Positions 41,362 through 51,562 of a stretch of DNA of 64,000 bases are shown here, one piece after another. Position 1 is the stretch's first letter; the number at the start of each line of letters is the position of its first letter. Both the position numbers and the translations under genes were made by a program. The notes below the pieces were generated by a model. It made no database searches, was not told the origin of the DNA, and saw only the letters and a list, made by a program, of their open reading frames with translations. This DNA comes from Chloroflexota bacterium (GTDB lineage: Bacteria > Chloroflexota > UBA11872 > VXOZ01), in assembly GCA_965221905.1 (NCBI GenBank), contig OZ244922.1, forward strand, positions 1,376,001 to 1,440,000, written 5' to 3'.

Positions 41362-41406
41362 GGAATTCCGTTCGTGGTGAGCCCGTCGAACCATGAACGG
41401 AATTCC
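41362..41406. repeat. REP-like hairpin (CCGTTCGTGGTGAGCCCGTCGAACC family)
   Basis: GGAATTCCGTTCGTGG...CCATGAACGGAATTCC; related to 2834, 42725 and 44015. Confidence 0.75.
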
Positions 41407-41467
41407 TAACTTTGTCATGATACGCAGTGCATGAGAAGACTGCGCTATGGAACTACTGCTCTGAACC

Positions 41468-42664
41468 CTACGGCGCGACGATGGCGCGAATGCGCGCGGC
41501 AACCAGTTGCGGTTTGTTGCCGTCCAGGTTGAGCGGATTGATGGTAATGCTGCCTTCCTGGGAGCCGTATTGGCTGACGGCGACAGCCGGATCCTCGTCG
41601 AACAAGCGGTTTACTAAGTCGATGGCCGACACGCCGTGCACCGATTCATCCAGCGAAACGCGCAGCGTTGGATAGGATGCGCCTTCTCGCCCTACAACCT
41701 CAGAACTGACTCCGGCAACACTATTGAGATCGGATGCGATGAATTCCAGGCGGCGGAGCCAGTCCTGGCGCGCGGCCGCATGATCGCGATTGACATAATT
41801 CTTCACTGCTGCCAGCAGGCCGGCGATCTCCTCCTTGCCCACTTTCATCGGACGGCCGATTCCTTGGAGCGGGGGGCCGAGCAGGCGACCGCTGCCAAGC
41901 AGTTTTTCCCGCAGCGTCCACGTTTCCACCATTACGTCCATGTCCTGATGCTGCAGCGCAACCGATTGGATGAGGTCGCCGCGACCAACCAGGATCCCCG
42001 AGGCTTGGGGGCCCTGAATTGCCTTGCCGCCGGAGAAGGAGACGAGGTCCGCCCCCGTGGCGATGAGACCGCGCAGGTTTTCCGCGGGCGGCAACCCACC
42101 CGCCGCGTCGACGATGACGGGCACATTGTGCTTGTGCGCCACGGCAACGGTATCTTCCAAACTCACCGCGCCCTCTACGGGCATTGCGACCCAATGCACG
42201 GCCACCGTACGCTCGTTGATGGCTGTTTCGATATGCCAGGGCTCGGTGTAGCCGCCGGTCGGGTGGCCGATGTGGCCGACCTCGATGAACTTAGCCCCTG
42301 CGGTGCGCAGCGCGTGGTCGTAGGCATTGCGGTGGAGGCGTTGGATAATGACCTCGTTGGGCATGGTGTCGGTATCGGGTAAGAGGTGCATCTTGTGAAT
42401 GTCAAGCCGGGCGAGGCAGGCGGCGGTGCCGACCAACAGGCCCGCGGCCGCGCCGGCCGTGACGTAACCGGCTTCAGCCCCGGTGACCGAGGCCAGGTAA
42501 TTCCCCGCCGCTTCCTGCAGTTCCTCCATGCGCACGCTCCACTGCGCCGCTTCGCGCATGGCGTCGAGCACATCGTCGTCCATTGGCGTGCCGCCAAGCC
42601 GCGTTAGGGTACCGGCGGCATTGATCACGCGTTTCACGCCGAGCTCTTGGTAGAAGTCACCCAC
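41468..42664 (-). CDS. SelA/DgaE-like PLP-dependent enzyme
   Basis: VINAAGT.T.LGG, VIVDAA, DLVSFSGGKAIQGPQ (PLP Lys), IGRPMKVGKEEI. Confidence 0.85.
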   Translation of the reverse strand: MGDFYQELGVKRVINAAGTLTRLGGTPMDDDVLDAMREAAQWSVRMEELQEAAGNYLASVTGAEAGYVTAGAAAGLLVGTAACLARLDIHKMHLLPDTDTMPNEVIIQRLHRNAYDHALRTAGAKFIEVGHIGHPTGGYTEPWHIETAINERTVAVHWVAMPVEGAVSLEDTVAVAHKHNVPVIVDAAGGLPPAENLRGLIATGADLVSFSGGKAIQGPQASGILVGRGDLIQSVALQHQDMDVMVETWTLREKLLGSGRLLGPPLQGIGRPMKVGKEEIAGLLAAVKNYVNRDHAAARQDWLRRLEFIASDLNSVAGVSSEVVGREGASYPTLRVSLDESVHGVSAIDLVNRLFDEDPAVAVSQYGSQEGSITINPLNLDGNKPQLVAARIRAIVAP

Positions 42665-42802
42665 TGTATGTTTTCCCTTTCTCTATGGTGTTTTTCACCT
42701 GTAATTCAGTTCTTTTGGGTTTTGCCCTTGGACAGGCTCAGGGCGAACGGCAAAAGGCAGGAACAGGGGAATGGAATAGGAAGATCAGTTCTGAATTGCA
42801 TT

Positions 42803-42872
42803 GATTCGTTCCAAACAATCCGTTCCTAACGATTCGATACTAAGTATTCGTTACCCACGATTCGTTCCTGAA
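42803..42872. repeat. five degenerate 14-bp tandem repeats
   Basis: gattcgttccaaac/aatccgttcctaac/gattcgatactaag/tattcgttacccac/gattcgttcctgaa. Confidence 0.75.
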
Positions 42873-42936
42873 TTGTAGCTTTGCCAGTGGCCTTCTAGGA
42901 TCCAATCCTAAGGCTCTCTTTCCTGTCACAGTTTGC

Positions 42937-43785
42937 CTAGCGCGGCGGCGTGGCGTCAGGCGAGAGCGGGCCCAGGGTAGCGTCGCTGCCGTTGTCGAAG
43001 TAGCCGCGCACCGGATAGTTGTGCAATTCATCACAGGCCAGGATAAGGCGTTCAACGGCCAGGTTGAAAATGCGCTCGCCTTTTTCGGCACTGGCCACAA
43101 AGGGATCGCCCATCACGCCCTCGTCGGCTTCGCGGCGGCGCTCCGGCCACTTGGCGAACTTGCCAACCACAGGGTCGCGGAACCACGGTGCGAGGCCGTT
43201 GGGCGCGCGCTTGTCTAAGTCTATGAGATGCCCCCGCAGGTGGAGTTGCAGCGAAGTCTCCCACTCACCGCCGTGGCCGATGCTATCGTCGCTATCGCCC
43301 CATTCCTTGAGTTCGTCGTCCACCATGTGGAAGTAGGAAATATGCAACGCCCAGACATCTTCTTGCGCAAGCTTGACGGAGATGGCTTGTGTTGGCGCCA
43401 CGTTGCCGCCATGGCCGTTGAGTAAGATCATGCGCTCGAACCCGTTCGCCTTAATGCTGCGGCAAACGTCCGAAAGGACGGCAATATATGTTTCGAGGGT
43501 AACCGTAATCGTGCCAATATGCCCCATATTGAAGTGGGTGAAGCCCGTCCAAACCGGCGGCGCTACGATTATGGGGTAGTCGTCGGTGCGAGTTGCGGCT
43601 TCCGCGGCGAGGTGATACGGGATGCTGATGTCAATGTCCGTTGGGCTATGGGGGCCATGCTGCTCAATAGACCCCACAGGGATGACGACGACCGGGTCAT
43701 GCTTCAACGCTTCATAGAGCTCGTGCCGCCACATTTCTTGCCAGAAGACCTTCTTATTCGTGCCGTCGTAGGACTTGCCATACAT
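42937..43785 (-). CDS. creatininase-family amidohydrolase
   Basis: PVGSIEQHGPH, NGHGGN, HGGEWETS. Confidence 0.9.
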   Translation of the reverse strand: MYGKSYDGTNKKVFWQEMWRHELYEALKHDPVVVIPVGSIEQHGPHSPTDIDISIPYHLAAEAATRTDDYPIIVAPPVWTGFTHFNMGHIGTITVTLETYIAVLSDVCRSIKANGFERMILLNGHGGNVAPTQAISVKLAQEDVWALHISYFHMVDDELKEWGDSDDSIGHGGEWETSLQLHLRGHLIDLDKRAPNGLAPWFRDPVVGKFAKWPERRREADEGVMGDPFVASAEKGERIFNLAVERLILACDELHNYPVRGYFDNGSDATLGPLSPDATPPR

Positions 43786-44014
43786 AAACTAGCCTTTCAT
43801 GAGTGCGGAAATGTCTCACGCATTTAGATTTGGTAATCGTTAGGGTACCATGCCGCGCCAATATCGTTGCATATGAATGGGAATGTGCATCGGGGCCGTG
43901 GAGAGTAGGCACTTCCCAATTGAGTCGCGCAGACTGAAGGTGTGCCCCTTGCCTTCCATGTGTCTCTATCCACAGGAGAAATGGTTGGAAAGTGGTGCGG
44001 TCCCATTGGCGCTC

Positions 44015-44059
44015 TTCTGACCGTTCATACTTCGACAAGCTCAGCACGAACGGTCAGAA
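44015..44059. repeat. REP-like hairpin
   Basis: TTCTGACCGTTC...CTTCGACAAGCTCAGCAC-GAACGGTCAGAA. Confidence 0.75.
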
Positions 44060-44122
44060 CACAGACACAATTTTCGCTCTTACGACTCCCCCGGTTTTAT
44101 CGTGAGCCACCAGCCTTGGCCT

Positions 44123-45259
44123 CTACGCAGGCGGCGCTACGTTCACCCATCCCCGGCTCTGCACAGACGTGCCCACTGCATCCATGATCTCCTGCACACG
44201 CAGGCCGTCAACGAAATCGGGACTCATAGGCTGACCGCTGCCGAGCGTTTCTAGATAGTCCTTGACGATGTGAATGAACGCTTCACCGTACCCGATGCTA
44301 TGGGCGGCGGATGGCCAGTAGCCGTGCATGTAGTCGTGCTGGACGGAGTCCGAGGCGTGGATGGTGCGAAATCCCGTTAGCGGTCCCGGATCGTCACCGG
44401 CATAGTACTGCAGTTCGTTCATGCGCTCGAAATAGAAACGCACGGACCCCTTGCTTCCATTGACCTCAAAACCGAAGTTACTCTTATTTCCTCGCGCGAG
44501 CTTTGTAACTTCCAGGATGCCCTGTGCGCCATTGGCAAACTGCATGAGCACTTGCGCGCAGTCGTCAACGGTAACGGCGCCGCTGCCGCCCTCGGGCGTC
44601 GGGCGCTCTTTAATGTAAGTAGCAAAGTTTCCGCAAACACTACTTACGTCGCCGAGCAGGTGGCGCGCCATGTCGAGAACGTGGGAGCCGAGGTCCCCGA
44701 ATACACCGAAACCGGCGTACTCCTGCTGCATGCGCCAGCCGAGCGGCGTGTTGGGATCAGCAAAGCGCTCCGCCAGGAACCAGCCGCGAAAGTGGTAGAT
44801 GTCTCCGATTGCGCCCTCCTCGATAAGCTTTTTTGCCAGGCAAACTGCCGGATAGCGCCGAAAGTGGAAGCAAATAGTGTTGTGCACGCCGGCTTTCTGT
44901 ACAGCCTCGACCATGGCTCGCGCCTCCGCGACTGTTACGGCCAGCGGCTTCTCGCATATGACCTGCTTGCCGGCTTCGGCGGCGGCAATGGCCACGTCGG
45001 CGTGCAGATGGTTCGGTGTAACGACGTCAACCACGTCTATGTCGTCGCGCGTGACCGTCTCTTGCCAATTCGTCGAAGATTCTTCCCAGCTCAGTTGGTC
45101 CGCGGCTTCTTGCACCGCCGTGGCGTCGCGCCCCACGATCACTTTGAGCCGGGGCCGGTAGGGCACCGACGGAAAGAAGAGGTTCACGTCGCGGTAAGCA
45201 TGCGTATGCGCCTTCCCCATAAAGCGGTGACCTACCAGGGCGATGTTGATGTCTTTCAC
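44123..45259 (-). CDS. Gfo/Idh/MocA family oxidoreductase
   Basis: Rossmann N-terminus, TPNHLH, ICEKP, GDLGSH. Confidence 0.92.
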   Translation of the reverse strand: MKDINIALVGHRFMGKAHTHAYRDVNLFFPSVPYRPRLKVIVGRDATAVQEAADQLSWEESSTNWQETVTRDDIDVVDVVTPNHLHADVAIAAAEAGKQVICEKPLAVTVAEARAMVEAVQKAGVHNTICFHFRRYPAVCLAKKLIEEGAIGDIYHFRGWFLAERFADPNTPLGWRMQQEYAGFGVFGDLGSHVLDMARHLLGDVSSVCGNFATYIKERPTPEGGSGAVTVDDCAQVLMQFANGAQGILEVTKLARGNKSNFGFEVNGSKGSVRFYFERMNELQYYAGDDPGPLTGFRTIHASDSVQHDYMHGYWPSAAHSIGYGEAFIHIVKDYLETLGSGQPMSPDFVDGLRVQEIMDAVGTSVQSRGWVNVAPPA

Positions 45260-45643
45260 AAGCTCATCCTTTCCATGTGACGCGCACCATTGGCGGATAG
45301 TGCATGCCGGGCTTACGCGTCAGGTTCACTCTTACAAGACCGTGTTGCCGCAACGGCGCAATTATAGATTCTGCGGTGCTGAACGTGCGGCAGATACGTG
45401 TCAAATTGCTTTAGGTGGCGCGCAGAGTCGTGCCGTTTGCTATCAAGGGATACGCTTGCTCCACCGCCGCGTTACGGCATTGAGCGTAACCGACAGAGCG
45501 GCGCACGGTCAAGGCGCACATGGATTGCGGGAAAGTGCGCGAATGGAGCCGACGAGCAGTGGCAAGCGGCTTGTACCTCCTTAGGGCGTATGGTCTAATG
45601 GGTTGAGGTACTGACGTAACGCCTCGTGCGAGGAGTATTCGTT

Positions 45644-46072
45644 ATGGCGAGTATCACAATCCAATTGAGCGCGCCCAATCTTGAGCTGGCCTCCGTGCTG
45701 GCCGACGTGACCGGGGGTGTGCTGCATCAGAACGGCCCGTGGCTCACTATCGAGGGCAAACGACTTGAGATCACGCGCTTGCTAGTTGAGCAGGCGTGGG
45801 GACGTCCCATGGCAGAAGATAAGTGGCGTTCGCTGACGCAAAGTAGGCGGGGTCACGTGGTTGAGTCCACCGATCAGGTGATCGTAATTCAGGACGAACC
45901 GGCGGCTCCACAGGCCGCTGCCACGTCCGAGCGGTCGCGTGCTTTGATAATAGAGGACGCCTGGCTCATGGAACGCTTAGAACAGGAAGCGAAACGGCGG
46001 GGCGTCAAGGTAAATCAGCTTGCCGCCCAGGCGATTGAACGCTTCCTCCGTGATACGGGCGGCGAAGAGTAG
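45644..46072 (+). CDS. hypothetical protein with a C-terminal ribbon-helix-helix-like segment
   Basis: GAGGAG RBS; RALIIEDAWLMERLEQEAKRRGVKVNQLAAQAIERFL. Confidence 0.6.
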   Translation: MASITIQLSAPNLELASVLADVTGGVLHQNGPWLTIEGKRLEITRLLVEQAWGRPMAEDKWRSLTQSRRGHVVESTDQVIVIQDEPAAPQAAATSERSRALIIEDAWLMERLEQEAKRRGVKVNQLAAQAIERFLRDTGGEE

Positions 46073-46514
46073 CGTCTTCGATAGTCTGCCCTATTGTGCA
46101 GGCAGCTACTGAGATTCCTCGCTGCAATAGCTAGTTCAAGCTGCTACAAAGCAGGTTGCGGAACCATAGTCCTAGTTCCGGTTATTGTCGACTTCGGTTC
46201 GTCCCACCGCGCTAATTGACTGGCGTACGCAATTGCTTTCTGCTGGGCAAGAACGTGAGGAATGCGTGCCGGAACGTGCGGCGACCTGATTCCGCTTCGG
46301 TGCGACGCCTGTCTTTTGCAGGAATGTAGATGTGGGCCCGCGGTTTCTTGGTAGAGCCTCATTCGCTATACTTCATTGCAACATCGATCTGTTTCTCCTG
46401 CGGCCCGGCACTGCCTCTTCGAAACACAGCACGTTGAAAGGCGCCCTGCCGGTCGCATGAGGACATCCCCTAATGTATCGAGTGGCTGTACTCTCGAAAG
46501 ATAGGAGCGCGCAG

Positions 46515-48704
46515 GTGTCTCAGAACGCTAGTTTCGCATCGCCCAATGCAGTTGAGTTCGTGCGCTGGGACCAGGCGGCGCAACTGGAGCGGTATCTCGA
46601 TTCCCTCGCCACCCAGGCGTACGAGAGGCGGCGCGCCAAGTGGCAGCGTGACTATACGAGCGCACGAGCGTATTCTCAGTCTGTTGCAGAAAACCGCGAG
46701 CACTGGCGCGACATGCTGGGAATCTGGCCCACGGCAGAGGAGCGTGTGCCGCTGGCGCCGGAGCGTCACGTGGTGGCGGAACGTGCCGATTACACCGTCT
46801 ATGCCGTGACCTTTGGGACGCTACCGGGAATCCGCTCGTTTGCCCATCTGCTGGTACCGAAGCGCATCGAGGCCGCGAGGCCGGCTGTGATCTGCCAGCA
46901 CGGCATGGGCGGCACACCGCATTCCATCGCGGGTCTGGTGGAAGAGGATGACGCCTATCATAAGTTCGGTCAACGGTTGGCGGAGCGCGGCTATGTGGTG
47001 CTGGCCCCGCACTGTATCAATTTCGTCGACTGGCGCAATCGCTTGCACAACAAGGCCCTTCTCGTCGGGCGCACACTGATGGGCTTGGAGATATGGCGGG
47101 AGATGCGGGCGGTTGATCTCTTGGAAACGCTGCCCGAGGTGGATAGCGAGCGGATTGGATTTTATGGCCTTTCGCAAGGCGGCAAGATGGCGCTCTGGTT
47201 CCCGCCGCTGGAACCCCGCATCCGCGCCACCATTATCTCGGCTTTCTATAACGAGCGCACCAAGAAGCAGCTCCAGGCCTCTCCCCGCTACCGACCCTTC
47301 ATCAATACTCAGGAGCAGTCCTACTTCGAACCGGACTTTTTGACAGAGTTCTCTGACTATGACCTTGGTTCGTTGATTTGTCCGCGCCCAGTAATGATTG
47401 AGCATGGACTGGGAGACAGTTCGTACTACATCGAGAGTGCACGCGAGGAATTCTTCCCACTGAAAGACATCTATGAGCGCTTAGGAATAGGAGAGCGTTG
47501 TGAGTGGGGAGAATTTGAGGGTGTCCACGAAATTCACGGTGTGGAGTCATTTGCCTTTCTCGACCGCTGGCTGAACGATGGTCTCCCACCGAATCGGAAT
47601 ACCGCCGTCAAGAGTGAGGGGCCCACGCCGCCGCCGCCTGTGTTCGTAGATCAGGACGCAATTCAGGCAATGCGCGACGAGACCAACGGGCAGCACGATC
47701 GCCATTTAGATGCGCTGGCCGATCAGGCGTATCAGGAGCGCGCGGCGCGCTGGCAACGCGACTACGCCAGCGCGGACGCATACACGGAGTCTGTCGCCCC
47801 TAACCGCGAGGCGTGGTTAGCGATGATGGGCGGGCTGCCGCCGGAGAACGAGCAGGTACCGCTCAATCCTGAACGGCACGTAGTGGCAGAGCGCCCCGAC
47901 CATACGGTCTACGCCGTTACGCTTGGCATGCTGCCCGGCGTGCGGCTTTTCGGGTATTTGCTGGTGCCTAAAGGGATTGCCGAGCCCCGGGCAGCCGTGG
48001 TGACACAGCACGGTCTTGGCGGGGCCGTGCAATCAGTCGCCGGAATTCTGGAGCAGGACGATGCCTACCATAGCTACGGCCGGAGTCTTGCGGAGCGGGG
48101 CTACGTGGTTTTTGCGCCGCACTGCATCAACGGCACGCCGCGGCGCGTGCGTTTACATAACAAGGCTATCGTAGTTGGCAGTCGGTTGATGGGCTTGGAG
48201 ATTTGGCGCGAAATGAAGGTGATCGACTATCTGCAGACGTTGCCCGAAGTCGATCCGGAGCGCATCGGCTTCTACGGTCTCTCGCAGGGCGGCACCATGA
48301 CCCTCTGGTTCACGCCGCTGGAGCCGCGCATCAAGGTTGCTGTGGTTTCGGCGTACTTCAACGAGCGTACGCGCAAGCTCAATACAGAGTCTGAGCACTA
48401 CCGCGCTTACGTTACCACGGACGAACAGCATCAATACTATCTTGGTCAGCTTCTTGAGTTTTCCGATGCCGATCTGGGGTCTCTGATTTGCCCCCGCCCC
48501 CTCTTCATCGAGCAAGGCACGCAGGATCGGGCAGTATACTACAAAGAAGCCGAAGTCGAATTTCAGCGGCTTCACGCGCATTATGCGCAACTTGGCTTAG
48601 CCGAACGCTGCGTCTGGGGCCTGTTCGAAGGCAAGCACGAAATACACGGCAGAGGCTCTTTTCCATTTCTCGACAAGTGGTTAGAGCACACGCCCACCGA
48701 CTAG
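46515..48704 (+). CDS. tandem two-domain alpha/beta hydrolase (dienelactone hydrolase-like)
   Basis: Two copies each of QHG.GG, GFYGLSQGG, ICPRP and FEG.HEIHG; start 46473 or 46515. Confidence 0.88.
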   Translation: MSQNASFASPNAVEFVRWDQAAQLERYLDSLATQAYERRRAKWQRDYTSARAYSQSVAENREHWRDMLGIWPTAEERVPLAPERHVVAERADYTVYAVTFGTLPGIRSFAHLLVPKRIEAARPAVICQHGMGGTPHSIAGLVEEDDAYHKFGQRLAERGYVVLAPHCINFVDWRNRLHNKALLVGRTLMGLEIWREMRAVDLLETLPEVDSERIGFYGLSQGGKMALWFPPLEPRIRATIISAFYNERTKKQLQASPRYRPFINTQEQSYFEPDFLTEFSDYDLGSLICPRPVMIEHGLGDSSYYIESAREEFFPLKDIYERLGIGERCEWGEFEGVHEIHGVESFAFLDRWLNDGLPPNRNTAVKSEGPTPPPPVFVDQDAIQAMRDETNGQHDRHLDALADQAYQERAARWQRDYASADAYTESVAPNREAWLAMMGGLPPENEQVPLNPERHVVAERPDHTVYAVTLGMLPGVRLFGYLLVPKGIAEPRAAVVTQHGLGGAVQSVAGILEQDDAYHSYGRSLAERGYVVFAPHCINGTPRRVRLHNKAIVVGSRLMGLEIWREMKVIDYLQTLPEVDPERIGFYGLSQGGTMTLWFTPLEPRIKVAVVSAYFNERTRKLNTESEHYRAYVTTDEQHQYYLGQLLEFSDADLGSLICPRPLFIEQGTQDRAVYYKEAEVEFQRLHAHYAQLGLAERCVWGLFEGKHEIHGRGSFPFLDKWLEHTPTD

Positions 48705-48807
48705 TGCGATTATTGGTTGCGCCAGTTTCTCAAGCAGCCGCCATATGGAGGGCTCCCGCTAGAGACTCCGACCTCCCCCAAAAAGAAAGCGGGGACGGCT
48801 GAAGGTC

Positions 48808-49644
48808 TCAATTGGAGAGAAAACCGACGGACCGTAGGTGTTCCACACTGCGGACGACGCGCTCTTGGCGTTGCTCCAAAGTCGGTTCCGGCTCGTCCCT
48901 AATGCCCTCGATTTCCAAGCTATACGGACCGAAGAAGCCGGCGTTGTTGGTTATTTCGCCGATGCGGGCGAAGTCAACGGCGCCGCCATCGCCCATTGCC
49001 GTGAAGTACCAATCCCGGTAGCCGCCGCGGCTGTCCTTCAAATGCATGTGCACCACATAGTCCATGACCTGTTCAAGCTGGCGGTAAACGTCGGCGCCTT
49101 CGTTGTAGAACAGGATGTTGCCGGTATCGAAGTTAATGCGGATGGCGTCATGCTGTAGCGCCTGCATGGTATCGAGGATGGCCTCTGCATTCTGCGTGAT
49201 ACCGGGATGGGTTTCGAGGGCAATAGTGAGACCGTGCTTGGCCGCCACGTCGCCGATCGCCCCCATTTTATCGAAGAAGTCAGAACGATCTTCCTCTGCC
49301 GGTTCGCCGCCCAAGCCGACGAAGTATTTAGCGCCAATGCCCGCCGCAAGACGCATGCGTTCCGCGATGCGCTGAAACCCGTCTGGATCCATGAGGTTAT
49401 CGGACCCATTCGCGCTGATTACGGTGAGACCGTGCGCATCCAGCTCTCTCTTCAGATTCTGGATCCCTTCGTCACCCAACTTCTCACTGGCGACAACGTC
49501 CTCGGGAATCTCCAGCACGCCGCCATGCTGTTTCATAGCGAGTTCCAGATGGGTGATGCCGGCCTGCGGTGCGAGATCAATTGCCGCGCGCACCCCGTAG
49601 CGTCCGTAACAATTCGTGAAGACCTCAAGTAAGTTGCTCGGCAT
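48808..49644 (-). CDS. sugar phosphate isomerase/epimerase (TIM barrel)
   Basis: ALETHP, NFDTGN, HMHLKD, GDGG.VDF, SLEIE. Confidence 0.88.
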   Translation of the reverse strand: MPSNLLEVFTNCYGRYGVRAAIDLAPQAGITHLELAMKQHGGVLEIPEDVVASEKLGDEGIQNLKRELDAHGLTVISANGSDNLMDPDGFQRIAERMRLAAGIGAKYFVGLGGEPAEEDRSDFFDKMGAIGDVAAKHGLTIALETHPGITQNAEAILDTMQALQHDAIRINFDTGNILFYNEGADVYRQLEQVMDYVVHMHLKDSRGGYRDWYFTAMGDGGAVDFARIGEITNNAGFFGPYSLEIEGIRDEPEPTLEQRQERVVRSVEHLRSVGFLSN

Positions 49645-49847
49645 GTCGTGCTCCTTGTTCTGCTACTCAGCTTGATACGCTTGCGCTTGCCTGCGGGAGT
49701 GCGTGCCATTTCCCGCTGTTCATGCTCTGCTCGATGTCCACCGCTCTACGAGAAGCGGCGCTCTCCCTGTCCCATCGTCCCGAGATGGCGCGCTTTCTGC
49801 GCGGATAGGACTATTGTACCCATGCCAGGCCGCGCGTGCTGCTTCGC

Positions 49848-51332
49848 CTAGTGGCGGACGTCAAGATCGCTGTATTCGGTGCGGAACCCCGCGTGGTTGG
49901 TGGCCGTATTCCGGCGGTCGGCAGTGGTATCATCTTGAGGCTCTCGCGCAGGAAGGTTGCCCTCCTCCAAATAGACCGATTCTCGTGCTCGAAGCCTTGC
50001 GATCAGCTCGCTCTTGAGCTCCTGTTTCTGACTTGCGCAGCGTGCCTTGCCAGCCAGATTGTAGAGTTCCGATGGGTCCTCAGCCAGATTGAAGAGCTGT
50101 TCTGTGGGCCCTTCCGGGTACCAGATGTACTTCCACTGCCCATCGGTAAGTGCCAGATAGACGCAGGGGATGCGCTCTGCCTGGGGCCAGCGCGGTCCGC
50201 TCATGGCCTCTAGGTAACGGCGGGGGTGTTCAAGTTCGTCCCGTGCCAGCGCAACCAGGTCTTGGCCGTCACTGTTGCTGGGCTGCGTGCCACCTGCTAC
50301 CCCTACGAGCGTCGGCAGAATGTCGGCGTGGGTAATGGGTGAGTCTACCGTTGTACCGTGACGGCGATTTTCCCAGCTCTGCGGCATGCGCAGTATAAAC
50401 GGCACGCGGGCGGCCGGTTCATAGAAGAAGGTCTTGGCACCGTTGCGGTGGTCGCCCAGCATCTCGCCGTGGTCGGAGGCAAACATGATGAACGTGTCAT
50501 TGAAGAGGCCGCGGTCCTCCAAGGCACTGATGATGCGGCCGATGACGTGGTCTATCTGCGTGATGAGCCCGTAGTACACGGCGCGAGCAGCGTGGATAGC
50601 CTCATCGGAAATGCTGTCAAATGCGCGCCGCTGCGCTTGGCGCTGGAACGATATGGGGCAGTCCGCGCAATCGCGCCACTCGCCAATGGCCGGAGCCGGA
50701 ATCGGGCTATTCTGATACATCGAATAGTACGGCTCAGGCGCGTCGAGCGGGGGATGCGGTTTGGCGAACGAGCACCAAAGGAAGAACGGAAGCGTGGGAT
50801 CATGGCGGAAGAGAATGTACTCCACACACTGCTCGGCGATCCAGGAGGTCATGGTAAGGCTCTCGGGCACGGTAGCCAAGGTGGGATACAATTCGTTCTG
50901 GGCCAACCCGTGGTGCATCGGTTGGAGGGAACTGCCGGAGTGGCGCATCTCGCGGTAATAGTCATCGGGCAGGATCATCTCTTCGAAACCATGGCGCACC
51001 CGCTGGGGTCCAAAGTGCATCTTGCCAATGGCGGCGGTCTGATAGCCGCTCGCGCGCAGGTATGTCGGCAGTGTAGCCTCTCTACCCATCACCGTGGAGG
51101 TCTGTTCATTGTTAGCCACACCGTGCGAGAATACCTGCTTGCCTGTCATGATGCCGACACGCGCCGGCACACAGAGCGGACAATCGGCGTAGGCACGCGT
51201 GAACTGCACGCCTTGGTAGCCCAGTAAATCAATGTGCGGGGTGCGGAGAAAAGGCGGTTTGGCGTCGCCGATAGTATCGAACCGCTGCTGGTCTGTGGTA
51301 ATGAGCAGAATGTTGGGCTGGGTAGCGGACAT
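49848..51332 (-). CDS. formylglycine-dependent sulfatase
   Basis: PNILLITTDQQR, CVPAR, GKMH, SDHGE; start at MSATQPN. Confidence 0.93.
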   Translation of the reverse strand: MSATQPNILLITTDQQRFDTIGDAKPPFLRTPHIDLLGYQGVQFTRAYADCPLCVPARVGIMTGKQVFSHGVANNEQTSTVMGREATLPTYLRASGYQTAAIGKMHFGPQRVRHGFEEMILPDDYYREMRHSGSSLQPMHHGLAQNELYPTLATVPESLTMTSWIAEQCVEYILFRHDPTLPFFLWCSFAKPHPPLDAPEPYYSMYQNSPIPAPAIGEWRDCADCPISFQRQAQRRAFDSISDEAIHAARAVYYGLITQIDHVIGRIISALEDRGLFNDTFIMFASDHGEMLGDHRNGAKTFFYEPAARVPFILRMPQSWENRRHGTTVDSPITHADILPTLVGVAGGTQPSNSDGQDLVALARDELEHPRRYLEAMSGPRWPQAERIPCVYLALTDGQWKYIWYPEGPTEQLFNLAEDPSELYNLAGKARCASQKQELKSELIARLRARESVYLEEGNLPAREPQDDTTADRRNTATNHAGFRTEYSDLDVRH

Positions 51333-51500
51333 TCTTCTGGATATCCTCTTATCACGCGGCGGCGGTGAGACTTCACTCGCCACAGGACAATGACATTCTT
51401 GCATATTTTGCAAGTACTACTCTACCGGAATCTGCCCTGTAGGTCTTGGCTGGTCAGACCAGGCAGCTATAGGAATCGAGTGTCGCCGCGGCAAAATGGA

Positions 51501-51538
51501 AGAGCAGTGGGGTCGGATACATTCGACCCCACTGCTCT
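51501..51538. terminator. strong hairpin downstream of the binding-protein gene
   Basis: AGAGCAGTGGGGTCG-N8-CGACCCCACTGCTCT, 15-bp perfect stem. Confidence 0.7.
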
Positions 51539-51562
51539 CTCAGACTCGCGATCTCTGTACTT

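Noticed and set aside
41468-42664. True selA of the selenocysteine pathway
   Set aside because: It lacks the SelA N-terminal tRNA-binding extension, no selB/selD/selC is nearby, and the motifs fit the DgaE-like clade.
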